From a virus (Duplodnaviria > Caudoviricetes): a stretch of DNA of 40,682 bases. Under the pieces are notes generated by a model. The model was not told where the DNA came from and did no database searches. It saw nothing but the letters and a program-made list of their open reading frames with translations. The stretch is taken from positions 1 to 40,682 of the IMG/VR virus record IMGVR_UViG_3300030376_003034. One strand, given 5' to 3'. The position numbers and the translations under genes are program-made. This document shows, one piece after another, positions 25,825 to 34,895 of this stretch; position 1 is the stretch's first letter; every line of letters begins with the position of its first letter.

Positions 25825-27642
25825 TCAGTGGGTGTCGGCCCATGTTCTTCCGACTGTGAAGTCAGCAGATATGGGTATCTTTTCTTTGAACCAGACTTTG
25901 CCAGCCTCTTCCGCGCTTCCTCGAACGATATTACTGACATGTTCTGTATCCTTTTCTCTTATCTGAATCTGCACTTCATCATGAACCCATGCCATGATGT
26001 TGGCATCGAGCTCAGCTTCATCTAATCGTTTCTGGATGTTCAAAAGCCACGCAGCGGAGATGGTTGCACCAGCTCCTTGTAGAAGGCTGTTGAGAGCCTT
26101 GTGAGGGCTTCTTATTTTTATGTGCCTACCATCTAGGCCCTTTACATAGCCGCGCTCTGCTGCGCCTTCTACGGCCCTTCTCAGGCGTCCTACAGCTGGC
26201 ATACGTTCATTGAAACGCTTGAGCAGTATTGCACCCTCTTTGGCACCACCATTAACCACCTCACCTATCTTGGCAGGACCTGCTCCATACAAGTAAGCAT
26301 AGATAAACCGCTTAGCTTGGTCTCTGCTGTCGAGCCCTGCAGCCTTCTGGTTAACTGTGTGTACATCGCCGTCTACAACCTCACGGCTGTAATCATCATT
26401 GTCCATGTAGAAGGCTAGGCAGCGCAGCTCTAAGCCAGACAGGTCTGAGCCCATCAATATGTAACCGTCCTGCACTGTGAACAGCTCACGGCACTGCTTA
26501 CCAAAAGGCAGACGTGTTGCAGGTACCTGAGCTAGGTTGCAGTTACGGTGGGTAGCTCTGCCGGTGACTGTGGATGGGGCTATGATACTGTGGTGTATCT
26601 TACCGTTCTTGGTCAGCTTCATCCAAGCCTGATTACCCTCAGCCAGCTGCCCAATGCGCTTCTGAATCATGAAGAACTTAGCGAGCTTCTGTGCTTCTGG
26701 GTACTGAAGTGCAGATAGTACACTCTCATCAATTTGGGCATGACCCTGAGCTGTCATCAGCTTGGGCTTCCAGTTGTACTTCTTACGTAAGCAGAACTCG
26801 ATATGACGCCGACTGTTAGGATTGAACTCAATGGTCTTAACCTTCATGAAAGGCTCACCAGCTACATACCCTTTAGTCTTGTTGTTGCGCTTAGGTATGA
26901 ATTGTTCTTCTACATCCCATGGCTCAAACAGTGAGTGCAGCTCGCTCTCTATGTTGCTGCGTAACTCTGAAAGCTCACCATAGAGCTTAGATGCTGCTGG
27001 CATGTTAAAGGTCCAGCCAAACTTGCCTATCTTGTCACACAAGGTTGCCAGCTCATGGGCAAAGTCTATAGCTACCTGACTGTGCTCTTCTGGTGCCAGC
27101 TTCTTGTACAGCTCGTGAGTGACCTCAACATCCTGTACACAGTAGTCTAGCATCTCTTGTGAGAAGGTTTCCCAGCCCCCAGTATAATCGCCTTTGTGAA
27201 GACCAATCCGCATACCCCATGCGGCAAGGGAATGCGAGCCGTGCAGACGTTTCGGGAGGACCTTGTCTGCGCTGAAGTTCGCTTCATAGTCTTCGTTAGC
27301 AAGGTCAGCTCTGAGCAACCTTGAGAGCACTAAGGTGTCAGTGACCTTACCTTCGGGATTGAAGTGATTAGGGTACACTTTCCGAAGGCTGGGAATGTCG
27401 TAACCGATGATGTTATGACCAATGATTTCTGCAGCTGCATTCAGTCTGCATAAACCAAAGACCATTCCCTCTTCTTCATAAGAATCTATGAAGCCATCAT
27501 CGATATTCTTAATGACCAGACAGTGTATTTTATCTGGGTCTAAACCGTTTGTCTCAATGTCGAAGGCCAATCGTTCATTCTCACATGTAGTTGGGCCACC
27601 AGCATCATGCCGGTCTGCGCGGTGTTTAATCCCTTCCTGCAT
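25825..27642 (-). CDS. DNA polymerase family A (T7 gp5-like)
   Basis: ExoI 'FDIETNG', 'GHNIIGYD', motif A 'DLSGLELR', motif B 'RDQAKRFIYAYLYG', motif C 'WVHDE'; GGAG RBS before 27642. Confidence 0.95.
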   Translation of the reverse strand: MQEGIKHRADRHDAGGPTTCENERLAFDIETNGLDPDKIHCLVIKNIDDGFIDSYEEEGMVFGLCRLNAAAEIIGHNIIGYDIPSLRKVYPNHFNPEGKVTDTLVLSRLLRADLANEDYEANFSADKVLPKRLHGSHSLAAWGMRIGLHKGDYTGGWETFSQEMLDYCVQDVEVTHELYKKLAPEEHSQVAIDFAHELATLCDKIGKFGWTFNMPAASKLYGELSELRSNIESELHSLFEPWDVEEQFIPKRNNKTKGYVAGEPFMKVKTIEFNPNSRRHIEFCLRKKYNWKPKLMTAQGHAQIDESVLSALQYPEAQKLAKFFMIQKRIGQLAEGNQAWMKLTKNGKIHHSIIAPSTVTGRATHRNCNLAQVPATRLPFGKQCRELFTVQDGYILMGSDLSGLELRCLAFYMDNDDYSREVVDGDVHTVNQKAAGLDSRDQAKRFIYAYLYGAGPAKIGEVVNGGAKEGAILLKRFNERMPAVGRLRRAVEGAAERGYVKGLDGRHIKIRSPHKALNSLLQGAGATISAAWLLNIQKRLDEAELDANIMAWVHDEVQIQIREKDTEHVSNIVRGSAEEAGKVWFKEKIPISADFTVGRTWADTH

Positions 27643-27880
27643 TAACGCTCTCCACTAGTGTTGGCTGGAGTGTCAATCCGACTGCATTGAAACATGCTTC
27701 TAAATCTGTAATCTTTGGGTTGGTTCTAGTACGCCAGTTTCGTAGGGCTTCTCTGCAAATACCTGTGCGTCTACAGATATCTGCATCAGTTATTTGCTGC
27801 CTGTACATTTCTTCGTAAAGCGCACGTACTAATGGGTGGCCTGTGACTTTAGGCATACGGTAACGTCTGTATAATCTCAT
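27626..27880 (-). CDS. Cro/C1 (XRE)-type helix-turn-helix protein
   Basis: 'ITDADICRRTGICREALRNWR...NPKI.DLE.CFNAVG'; AGGAG RBS. Confidence 0.7.
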   Translation of the reverse strand: MRLYRRYRMPKVTGHPLVRALYEEMYRQQITDADICRRTGICREALRNWRTRTNPKITDLEACFNAVGLTLQPTLVESVNAGRD

Positions 27881-27891
27881 TGCTCTCTCCT

Positions 27892-29511
27892 TTAAAACAT
27901 GTCGGCAGCGTCAAGCAGTCTGCCTGTAGACCTCAAATACTTGACACGCCCTGCCATGCCGGTCTCACCGGTAAAGCGGTTCTTTAATACGTGGATGTAT
28001 CTGTGGTCCCCGTCTGGTTCGTCTGGGTCCACCTGTAGTGAGATAACGAAGTCACTCAGCTGCACAACACTATGGCTGCCACGCAGCTGCGAGGTCCGAA
28101 CCTTGGCACCTTCTTCATGCCCTTTGTCGCCCTCAGGACGCCTTAGGTGGCTGACCATAACTAGACCTATGTTTAACTCACTTACCAGTGTCCTCAGGGC
28201 TGTACAGGCAAGGTCTATAGCTTTGCGCTCATCAGCCACTGCAAGCCCAGATATCATGATGCTAATGTGGTCTAAGATTATCCACTTCACGTCCAGTGCT
28301 TTAACCATGTAGTGGATACGGGCAATGATTGTATCTACCTCACTGCTGCCGAAGTGGTCATACATATAGAGAGGCTGGTCTGTGAACATGTCATCAAAGG
28401 CTGCATAGATATCTGCATCCTCGACACCTTCACGGTCCACTGTGATGTTCTTGTTCATGTGTATGCCAACAAGAGACATGACAGTCTTTTTGTTGCTCTC
28501 TTCCAGCATAATCATGCCGACTTTCTCACCCTGCTGATGCAGGTGGTAAGCTATCTCTTTAGCCATGGTTGACTTGCCGACACCAGAACCTGCGCTGAGA
28601 GTGACCATCTCACCCAGCCGAAGACCCAGAGTTACCTCTGTCAATCGTTTGTATGGGTAAGTAATTGCAGAGGCTGCTTCCACAACACTCAAAGACTGTC
28701 TGACATCGGCTGCAGCCACAATGCCATCAGGCCGGTAAGTCTTGGCCTCGAAGATGGCACTGATTATCTCTTTCTGCTTCCCTTGCAGAAGACACTCGTT
28801 TGCGTCCTTGTATGGCAGGTGTGCTATCTGCACTTTTCCTACCGGCAGTAGCTCAGCTACCTGCATGGCAGCATCACGTCCTGCATCGTCCATATCAAAA
28901 GCCAGTACGACTTTGTTGAACCCGTTGACGTAATCCCAGTTGTCTTTAATAGCGCGAACTGCACCAGCTGCGCCTTGCGGTAAACTCACACAGGCTGTCT
29001 TCTGCATTAGCTGCGCTATAGAGAGCATATCTACTTCGCCCTCTGTGATAATCAGTCTGTCTCCGCTAGACCACTTATGTGATCCGAATAGCGGCAGCTG
29101 CCGGCCCTGACCCAATAGTTTGAAGTCTTTATTCTTGAACCTAATCTTCTGAGCTACAGGCTTGCCGGCTTCGCTGTAGTACGTAGCAATCTGCACGGGC
29201 TCACCATTGTAGCTGCCCACGCTGTACCCCAGACGCTTGCAGGTCTCCTGCGTTAGTCCTCTGGATGGGATTGCTTCATACGTTCCCTTGAGTAAGTCTT
29301 TTTGGACTGCACTCTTCTCTGCCTTAAGATTGTCTGCTGCAGCTGCTTTGCCATCGGGTTCCTTCTTGTGTGTGGTGCAGCTGAAACAGTACGTTGCTTC
29401 GCCTCTTTCACCATTGTCATACCTCGCTAGTGCATCTGAGCTGCCGCAGTCTGGGCAGGGCTCATGTCTAATGAACCTTCCCTCGTCTTTTAGTTCCTGT
29501 AGTGATTGCAT
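27892..29511 (-). CDS. Primase/helicase (T7 gp4-like)
   Basis: Zinc finger CPDC...CFSC, TOPRIM 'ITEGEVD' and 'FDMDDAG', Walker A 'GSGVGKST', 'ILDHI', 'LRGS', 'KNRFTG'. Confidence 0.95.
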   Translation of the reverse strand: MQSLQELKDEGRFIRHEPCPDCGSSDALARYDNGERGEATYCFSCTTHKKEPDGKAAAADNLKAEKSAVQKDLLKGTYEAIPSRGLTQETCKRLGYSVGSYNGEPVQIATYYSEAGKPVAQKIRFKNKDFKLLGQGRQLPLFGSHKWSSGDRLIITEGEVDMLSIAQLMQKTACVSLPQGAAGAVRAIKDNWDYVNGFNKVVLAFDMDDAGRDAAMQVAELLPVGKVQIAHLPYKDANECLLQGKQKEIISAIFEAKTYRPDGIVAAADVRQSLSVVEAASAITYPYKRLTEVTLGLRLGEMVTLSAGSGVGKSTMAKEIAYHLHQQGEKVGMIMLEESNKKTVMSLVGIHMNKNITVDREGVEDADIYAAFDDMFTDQPLYMYDHFGSSEVDTIIARIHYMVKALDVKWIILDHISIMISGLAVADERKAIDLACTALRTLVSELNIGLVMVSHLRRPEGDKGHEEGAKVRTSQLRGSHSVVQLSDFVISLQVDPDEPDGDHRYIHVLKNRFTGETGMAGRVKYLRSTGRLLDAADMF

Positions 29512-29935
29512 CTGTGCTCTCCTTCAACCACTGGTCTGGTATTGTCTTATGGGCCCACTGAATGCCATGCTTGTCGCAATACATTGCGTAGGTAGTTGGA
29601 CTACCTTTGTAGAGCTTTGCGTTGGCATTACTGAACACCAGACGGATGTCGAGCTGTGGGCATTGTTCCCTGATTAGCAAGTGCTTGTGACGGTCCTCTG
29701 TCACCCAGCGTCCTTTAGTCTCGACAAAGAAAAAGCCGCCTAACTTGGGCAGCTTGAAGTCTGGTGTGTAGTGAGCCTGTCTCTCAGGCCAAATAAACTG
29801 GATACGCTCAGTCTCGTACAGGACCTCTAAACCGCACTCCTTAATCTGCTTAGAAGTCTTGTCTTCGAGCCCTGAGCGATATCCATTCCTTATGCCTCTA
29901 GAAGTCTGCTTTGAAGCCTTCTTCTTTCTGGTCAT
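29468..29935 (-). CDS. Endonuclease I / Holliday-junction resolvase (T7 gp3-like)
   Basis: 'YRSGLE', 'YTPDF', 'ETKG', 'DIRLVF'. Confidence 0.93.
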   Translation of the reverse strand: MTRKKKASKQTSRGIRNGYRSGLEDKTSKQIKECGLEVLYETERIQFIWPERQAHYTPDFKLPKLGGFFFVETKGRWVTEDRHKHLLIREQCPQLDIRLVFSNANAKLYKGSPTTYAMYCDKHGIQWAHKTIPDQWLKESTDAITTGTKRRGKVH

Positions 29936-30443
29936 TGTTTTGTTCGCTTTCTGTTAAGGCTTTAAAACCACCTTCGACAGCATCAAAGCCACCATCATCA
30001 CCGCCCTGACGTTCAGCCAGTTCGATAACTTGAATTGCACTTAGCTGCAGCGACACGCCTGTGTTCCCAGCTTGGTCATAGGTGTTGATTGCGCCCTTCA
30101 ATCGCAGTACAGAGCCACCCCAAATCTGGGGTAGTCTGTCAGGCATTATATACTGACCCTCGCTGTCATAGACTTTCGGCTGGAACTTAGACTTTGCATT
30201 GATGATTATCTCACCTGTCTCATCGTCCACTTTCCAAGGCATTCTAGCTTTGTCAGCTTTCTTTGCCCCAAACTCATCCATGGCTACATCTTGGACCATC
30301 TTCATCAGCTCTTTGGCTTGGTCAGCCGGTACACGTAAGCCTGTCTTATAGACACCCTCACTGCTGTACTCCGTATCTGCTTTGTTGATCCACGGATATA
30401 CCGCGAAGCCTTTATGGGTTTGGAAAGATTGTTTTGTTGCCAT
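29898..30443 (-). CDS. Single-stranded DNA-binding protein (T7 gp2.5-like)
   Basis: 'YPWINK.D', 'IWGGS', 'GVSLQL.AIQVIEL', acidic tail ending in Phe; AAGGAG RBS favours ATG 30443. Confidence 0.88.
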   Translation of the reverse strand: MATKQSFQTHKGFAVYPWINKADTEYSSEGVYKTGLRVPADQAKELMKMVQDVAMDEFGAKKADKARMPWKVDDETGEIIINAKSKFQPKVYDSEGQYIMPDRLPQIWGGSVLRLKGAINTYDQAGNTGVSLQLSAIQVIELAERQGGDDGGFDAVEGGFKALTESEQNNDQKEEGFKADF

Positions 30444-30615
30444 TGTAGGATTCTCCTTGTTCATCATTTTGGCTTGTTTGTTTCGGATGCCTGACATCGA
30501 ACCCAGAAAGCAAAAGACCCAGCCGTGATGCTCTCGCGGCTAGGTCTGCTGGTATTGCTTTGTCTTTTAGTTTTCTGAGTTTGAGTTCTTCAAGCACCCT
30601 CTCTCTAGGATGCAT
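30412..30615 (-). CDS. Small hypothetical protein (67 aa), first gene after the RNAP
   Basis: GAGGT RBS; downstream of a phage promoter; 'IP.DL.ARA..LG'. Confidence 0.65.
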   Translation of the reverse strand: MHPRERVLEELKLRKLKDKAIPADLAARASRLGLLLSGFDVRHPKQTSQNDEQGESYNGNKTIFPNP

Positions 30616-30650
30616 ATTGTGACCTCTTTTTTATCTGTTTCACATTACGC

Positions 30651-30666
30651 TAGGGTGGGACACCTT
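30651..30666 (-). promoter_or_regulatory. Phage RNAP promoter driving the replication genes
   Basis: Exact 16-mer AAGGTGTCCCACCCTA; overlaps the RNAP stop codon. Confidence 0.8.
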
Positions 30667-33173
30667 TACGCAAAACAATAGTCACTCTCCATTATCAGCT
30701 TGATGTCGAGACTGCCCTTTGATGGCACCTTAGGCATCTTGCTGGCATCAATACTATGTCCTTTCAATTCTAATTGCTCTTGTACCTGCCGCCTGATGTC
30801 GCTCAGGATGCAGCCATGTTCATACTGGTTAACAAATGACTTACGTACCACACTGAACAGCTTATCTGTGTCAGCTGGTACAGTGCCAAAGCTGTCATGA
30901 ATGAGACACCAGTTACGTATGTTCTGCTGCAGACCTTCCAACACTGTGAACAGTAGATGACTTGAATCTAAACTGTGAATGATGTTGGGACTTATAGCTG
31001 ACGCACACTTGCTTTTGTTAATGACTTTGTAGTCATCCTTGTTTAGCAGCAGCTGCGCTCTTGACCGCCCTGTCTCAGCCTCTTTGTCATACAGGTAAAT
31101 CTTCAGACGCTTACGCTTACTCTTGTAGTATGAGTTCACTACTGGGAAGCCGATAGGCGTGAACCAGCTGACCGGCTCATTGTACTTAGCCATAAGTACA
31201 GCTAGGTCTTGGAAGAAAGACATGCCGGCAGCTGCACTGGTGATGACCTGTTGTATTGCATCCCAGTTATGCTGCGCCAACAGCCTAGCTGCTTTCAAAG
31301 GGTCACTGAACGGGTGCTTGTCTCTTGTGCCATCTGCTACTTCGTTTTGCAGGGGCGTCATTAAGTCATCCTTAATCTGATCAGCGAACCCATACTTCTC
31401 AGAGCTGTAGCCGTAGGTCATGACGTTGCGTTTGACTATCTTGCGAGTGATGCCGAAGCGCAACCATTCTTGAGCTTCTAAGCTGTCATCAGCTTGCATA
31501 GATTGTAGTACCTTATCAGCAACCGCCTGATAGACATCCTGTGGCCTGTCAGCCGGCACTAGATTGACTAGCTTGCCATCATCATAGGAAAGGCTCAGAG
31601 CTGAGTAATGTTGTACACCGCTGTTGCTGCCGTCCAAATTTATAGGAAGCCCTGACACATAATCCTCACCCTGCATCCAGAAGCCATAGAACTCCCTGCA
31701 GGCTGCAAGGAATGCCAGAGGCTTGTCAGCATCCGACCAGTACAGCTGGTTATCATTGCCGGCGTAGGTGCCATCAAAGTCGTTACCTATTTCAGCTATC
31801 CTATCAGCATTATCCATCACCCACTGAACACGCTCTGAAAAGCTCTGCTTGCTTATCTTGTTGAAGTCACCACAATTGGCAACATGCACTGCAATCCACC
31901 ATGCACCTCTGCTGCCTATGGGCTTAGCCTCTGCCATGGTGAACATAGCTTTAATGTGGTCACTGCGCTGCGTGTTGAAGTTACATACAGGATAGATGCG
32001 GCCCCGAAAGTCAAAGCTGTGAGGCAGATAGAAGTGTTCATAATCTAAGAGTGAACGGGCTTGCTTGATATCAGTAGCCATGATTGCACGGTTGCCATCG
32101 ACTTGCCGGTTCAGTCCTCTTATGTGCGAAGCCTTAATCCTGTGGCCCTTCTTCTGTTCATCAGTCAGGTCATCATAGTTCTCTGGGAACTTGTAAGCCG
32201 GCAGATGGTTGCGCCTAGGGAAGCTATCAGAAGGCTTGAGGTCATTCTCCCAGAGCCACTCAACAGCTGCTAGAGCATACTCATTGATACGCCACTTTGT
32301 GCGCTGTACAGCATTGATAGCATCAATAGCTGGCTGCATCCGGCCTGACCTGATAGCTGAAGCTGCCATCCGCTTTTGCTGCGGGGAAGCTCTGCGAATC
32401 ATTGGGGTCATGAAGGCCAGTGATGGGTCTAAGTAGCAGCCGCTGTTGATTGTCTCCCACCCAGCTGGCTCTGTGACCATGGGTGTAAACACAGGCTCAT
32501 TCCAGCTCACGGTCTGATTCAAGTCAGCTATCTCTGTAGAAGCCTTCTCAGTTAGACCTATACGAGGAATTGTCTTATGCTTCTTTATCTGGGTCCACAT
32601 TTCGAAGATACCACTGGCTTCCAATACCGCACTGAATACAGGGGATGCAGCTTGGATGACCCTATCGTGGTCCCACTTCTCAGGCTGGAAGCCCTCTTTA
32701 GCTGCAATGGCTCTTACAGCTTTCTTACGGTGTTGGCTGCTGCTGTTTTTCTTTATAGCCAGATTGGTTATACGTTTAGCCAGCTTCTTGTCATGTTGGT
32801 ACAGCCCAGCTGCAAAGTGTTCCATCTCGATGCGCTGACCTATGGTTCTAAGACACTTGGTCCTAGTTGCGTTCAGTCCTACACATTCCATGGCACACAC
32901 TAAGCCGGCATAAGCCAGCAGCTCAGTGTCTATATCTTTGAGGTCCTTTAGCCACTTATATGGTGACTTATGTGGCTGACCGTTATCAATACGTTCCTGT
33001 AGGTTGGACTGTACAGCAGGGATTGCATCCTGCAGCAGCTTACTATGGCTACCTGAGACACTTAGGTCCTTAAGCTTAGCTTGGCGTTCAATGAACCTAT
33101 CGTGACCATCAGATAACATCTGGCTTTCACGCTGCAGCTGATGCAGCGAGTTGGCTGTAATTCTATTAGACAT
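30666..33173 (-). CDS. Single-subunit DNA-directed RNA polymerase (T7 gp1-like)
   Basis: 835 aa; 'DFRGRIY', 'LDGSNSGVQH', 'RKIVKRNVMTYGY', 'PNIIHSLD', 'IHDSF'. Confidence 0.97.
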   Translation of the reverse strand: MSNRITANSLHQLQRESQMLSDGHDRFIERQAKLKDLSVSGSHSKLLQDAIPAVQSNLQERIDNGQPHKSPYKWLKDLKDIDTELLAYAGLVCAMECVGLNATRTKCLRTIGQRIEMEHFAAGLYQHDKKLAKRITNLAIKKNSSSQHRKKAVRAIAAKEGFQPEKWDHDRVIQAASPVFSAVLEASGIFEMWTQIKKHKTIPRIGLTEKASTEIADLNQTVSWNEPVFTPMVTEPAGWETINSGCYLDPSLAFMTPMIRRASPQQKRMAASAIRSGRMQPAIDAINAVQRTKWRINEYALAAVEWLWENDLKPSDSFPRRNHLPAYKFPENYDDLTDEQKKGHRIKASHIRGLNRQVDGNRAIMATDIKQARSLLDYEHFYLPHSFDFRGRIYPVCNFNTQRSDHIKAMFTMAEAKPIGSRGAWWIAVHVANCGDFNKISKQSFSERVQWVMDNADRIAEIGNDFDGTYAGNDNQLYWSDADKPLAFLAACREFYGFWMQGEDYVSGLPINLDGSNSGVQHYSALSLSYDDGKLVNLVPADRPQDVYQAVADKVLQSMQADDSLEAQEWLRFGITRKIVKRNVMTYGYSSEKYGFADQIKDDLMTPLQNEVADGTRDKHPFSDPLKAARLLAQHNWDAIQQVITSAAAGMSFFQDLAVLMAKYNEPVSWFTPIGFPVVNSYYKSKRKRLKIYLYDKEAETGRSRAQLLLNKDDYKVINKSKCASAISPNIIHSLDSSHLLFTVLEGLQQNIRNWCLIHDSFGTVPADTDKLFSVVRKSFVNQYEHGCILSDIRRQVQEQLELKGHSIDASKMPKVPSKGSLDIKLIMESDYCFA

Positions 33174-33203
33174 TCTAATTCCCCTTGGTGCTCCCAGTTA
33201 GTC

Positions 33204-33219
33204 TAGGGTGGGACACCTT
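33204..33219 (-). promoter_or_regulatory. Phage RNAP promoter directly upstream of the RNAP gene
   Basis: Exact 16-mer, 30 nt before ATG 33173. Confidence 0.8.
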
Positions 33220-33244
33220 TAATGGTTGCAAAAGTGACTAGGTT

Positions 33245-33517
33245 TTATGCAACTAGGGGTTTATATGTGTGGGTGTTTAAGGAAGTAATTAGGCCAATAA
33301 ATGCATATGCTAGATTCAGTGTAGATATGCGGCCTCTGCTAATCTTGCAATTACGTACATAGGTACAAATCATGCTCAAGCGTCTATAAGTGTGTTGTAA
33401 GAACCGGTTTATACGGCATAGTAAGTAGAGTTCAGATGCAAGGTCACAAAACGGTGGGGCAGTGGACCAATCGGCATCAAAAGTTGATCTTTGTCGTTTG
33501 TAAGTTTGATGAGTCAT
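33245..33517 (-). CDS. Possible hypothetical protein (90 aa) in the integrase-RNAP interval
   Basis: Strong AAGGAG RBS 7 nt before ATG 33517, but the downstream sequence is AT-rich and not obviously protein-like. Confidence 0.35.
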   Translation of the reverse strand: MTHQTYKRQRSTFDADWSTAPPFCDLASELYLLCRINRFLQHTYRRLSMICTYVRNCKISRGRISTLNLAYAFIGLITSLNTHTYKPLVA

Positions 33518-33579
33518 CGCGTCACTCCTTTCATGACACAAAATGTAACAATTGTTGCTTGTTTACAATACCAACCAGT

Positions 33580-34032
33580 TTAACCCCCAATGGTTACGTC
33601 AGTTGACACTTTTCTGCTGGAAGCCATTTCATAATTCTCCATGGCATTCATCCAATACCTGAGAGGTTTATTCTTTACTGTTTCAACGTGAAACTCAGTG
33701 TAATTATAGAATTGCTTTATTAAAACGGCGGTTCCTTTATAGCCTTTGCCATCCTCTTCTATCCACTTTTCGGCTAGGCACTCTTCTACCATTTTACCTG
33801 CAGCCTGACGGGTTATGAAAAGCTCTCTAGAGATTACTGCTTTTGTGTAAACTCGGTTGTCATGTGATGCTACAAACATCAGACGGGACATCGCATTTCT
33901 TACGGGTGTAGAATTGAAGTAACGCTGGATTTGCGTCTGTGTACGCCCGTTTCTGTTTTGGTAAATCTCGATTTGCCAGTAAGCCAATGACAGCGCGTAT
34001 TCTTGAAGCAATTTGTTGTGTATATTATCCAT
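33580..34032 (-). CDS. Winged helix-turn-helix transcriptional regulator (putative repressor)
   Basis: 'KAVISRELFITRQAAGKMVEECLAEKWIE' HTH plus wing; AAGGAG RBS; directly downstream of the integrase. Confidence 0.6.
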   Translation of the reverse strand: MDNIHNKLLQEYALSLAYWQIEIYQNRNGRTQTQIQRYFNSTPVRNAMSRLMFVASHDNRVYTKAVISRELFITRQAAGKMVEECLAEKWIEEDGKGYKGTAVLIKQFYNYTEFHVETVKNKPLRYWMNAMENYEMASSRKVSTDVTIGG

Positions 34033-34046
34033 TGCGAATGCTCCTT

Positions 34047-34895
34047 TTATGACAGCAGCGCGGCTGTTTTCTGGATAGTTTCCTTTTTGATGTGAATGTA
34101 CTTCTTTGTCGTATCCGACCTTTTATGTCCTAGCCATTTACCAATAACATCGCTGTTTAAATTCAACTCATTTGCCATCTTTGATGCAACAGTGTGTCTA
34201 AATACATGGAACACAAATTGTTTATCGTTCGGTGCAATACAACGCCTCATTTTATTCCATAGTATATAAAACTTGTCAGCATAGTAGGATGTCAAGCCAC
34301 CATGGAAAGCAAAACGCCTGACAGCATCAGCTGCCTCTTTATTATATACAGCTACCTCACGGGCATCACCGTTCTTGGTCTTGTGAAGCAGAACATGTGT
34401 ATTACCATCCTCTTCGTACACATATGCTTCGTCTGAGTTAGCAATCTTGAGCACCTCACTGTGCCTCATGCCGGTGTAACGAGCTATAATGCACATGTCT
34501 GCAAACCACCTTGGCACGTCAGACCTTTTGCAGAATGTCTCTATCTTCTCCAGCTCTTCTTCTGAGAAGAACCGCAACCGGCTTTCCTCTTTCTTTGTGG
34601 TGATCTTAAAATAGTTGGCCCCAAACCCACTATCTCTAGCGAACCGCAAAGCCTTGCTAATCGCTGCAATGTGCCGGTTACATGTTGCATCACTGAAACC
34701 CTTTTCTTTGAGCTTCCTGATGTATTCATATACGTGGGGTGCCTCGATGTCTGAGACAGCCAGATTGCCAACCTTGAAGGCGAAGTTCTGCAACCGGCTG
34801 ACACATTCATTATGGTGTTTCTGTGTACCATTCCAAATGTCCTCACTATAGTTATTCACTAGGTCTAAGATGTTCATGCTGTTTTTATGCTGCAT
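34047..34895 (-). CDS. int: Tyrosine integrase/recombinase
   Basis: Catalytic R (TGMRHSE), K (KTKNG), HxxR (FHVFRHT), H (LGH), Y (TKKY); 'S.ATCNR' core-binding motif; GGGAG RBS favours ATG 34895. Confidence 0.92.
   Translation of the reverse strand: MQHKNSMNILDLVNNYSEDIWNGTQKHHNECVSRLQNFAFKVGNLAVSDIEAPHVYEYIRKLKEKGFSDATCNRHIAAISKALRFARDSGFGANYFKITTKKEESRLRFFSEEELEKIETFCKRSDVPRWFADMCIIARYTGMRHSEVLKIANSDEAYVYEEDGNTHVLLHKTKNGDAREVAVYNKEAADAVRRFAFHGGLTSYYADKFYILWNKMRRCIAPNDKQFVFHVFRHTVASKMANELNLNSDVIGKWLGHKRSDTTKKYIHIKKETIQKTAALLS

Noticed and set aside
27560-27642. Possible frameshift at the DNA polymerase start (ATGAACGATTG just before FDIET)
   Set aside because: The in-frame ATG at 27642 has a well-spaced GGAG, so no frameshift is needed; a one-base error cannot be excluded without reads
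22371-33173. Introns, inteins, homing endonucleases or a diversity-generating retroelement
   Set aside because: Polymerase, RNR, helicase and RNAP are uninterrupted and of normal size; no reverse transcriptase or HNH motifs seen
33186-33197. CTGGGAGCACCA on the minus strand as a tRNA 3'-end attP core
   Set aside because: Too short, no T-arm upstream, and it lies between the promoter and the RNAP RBS; cannot be supported without a host match
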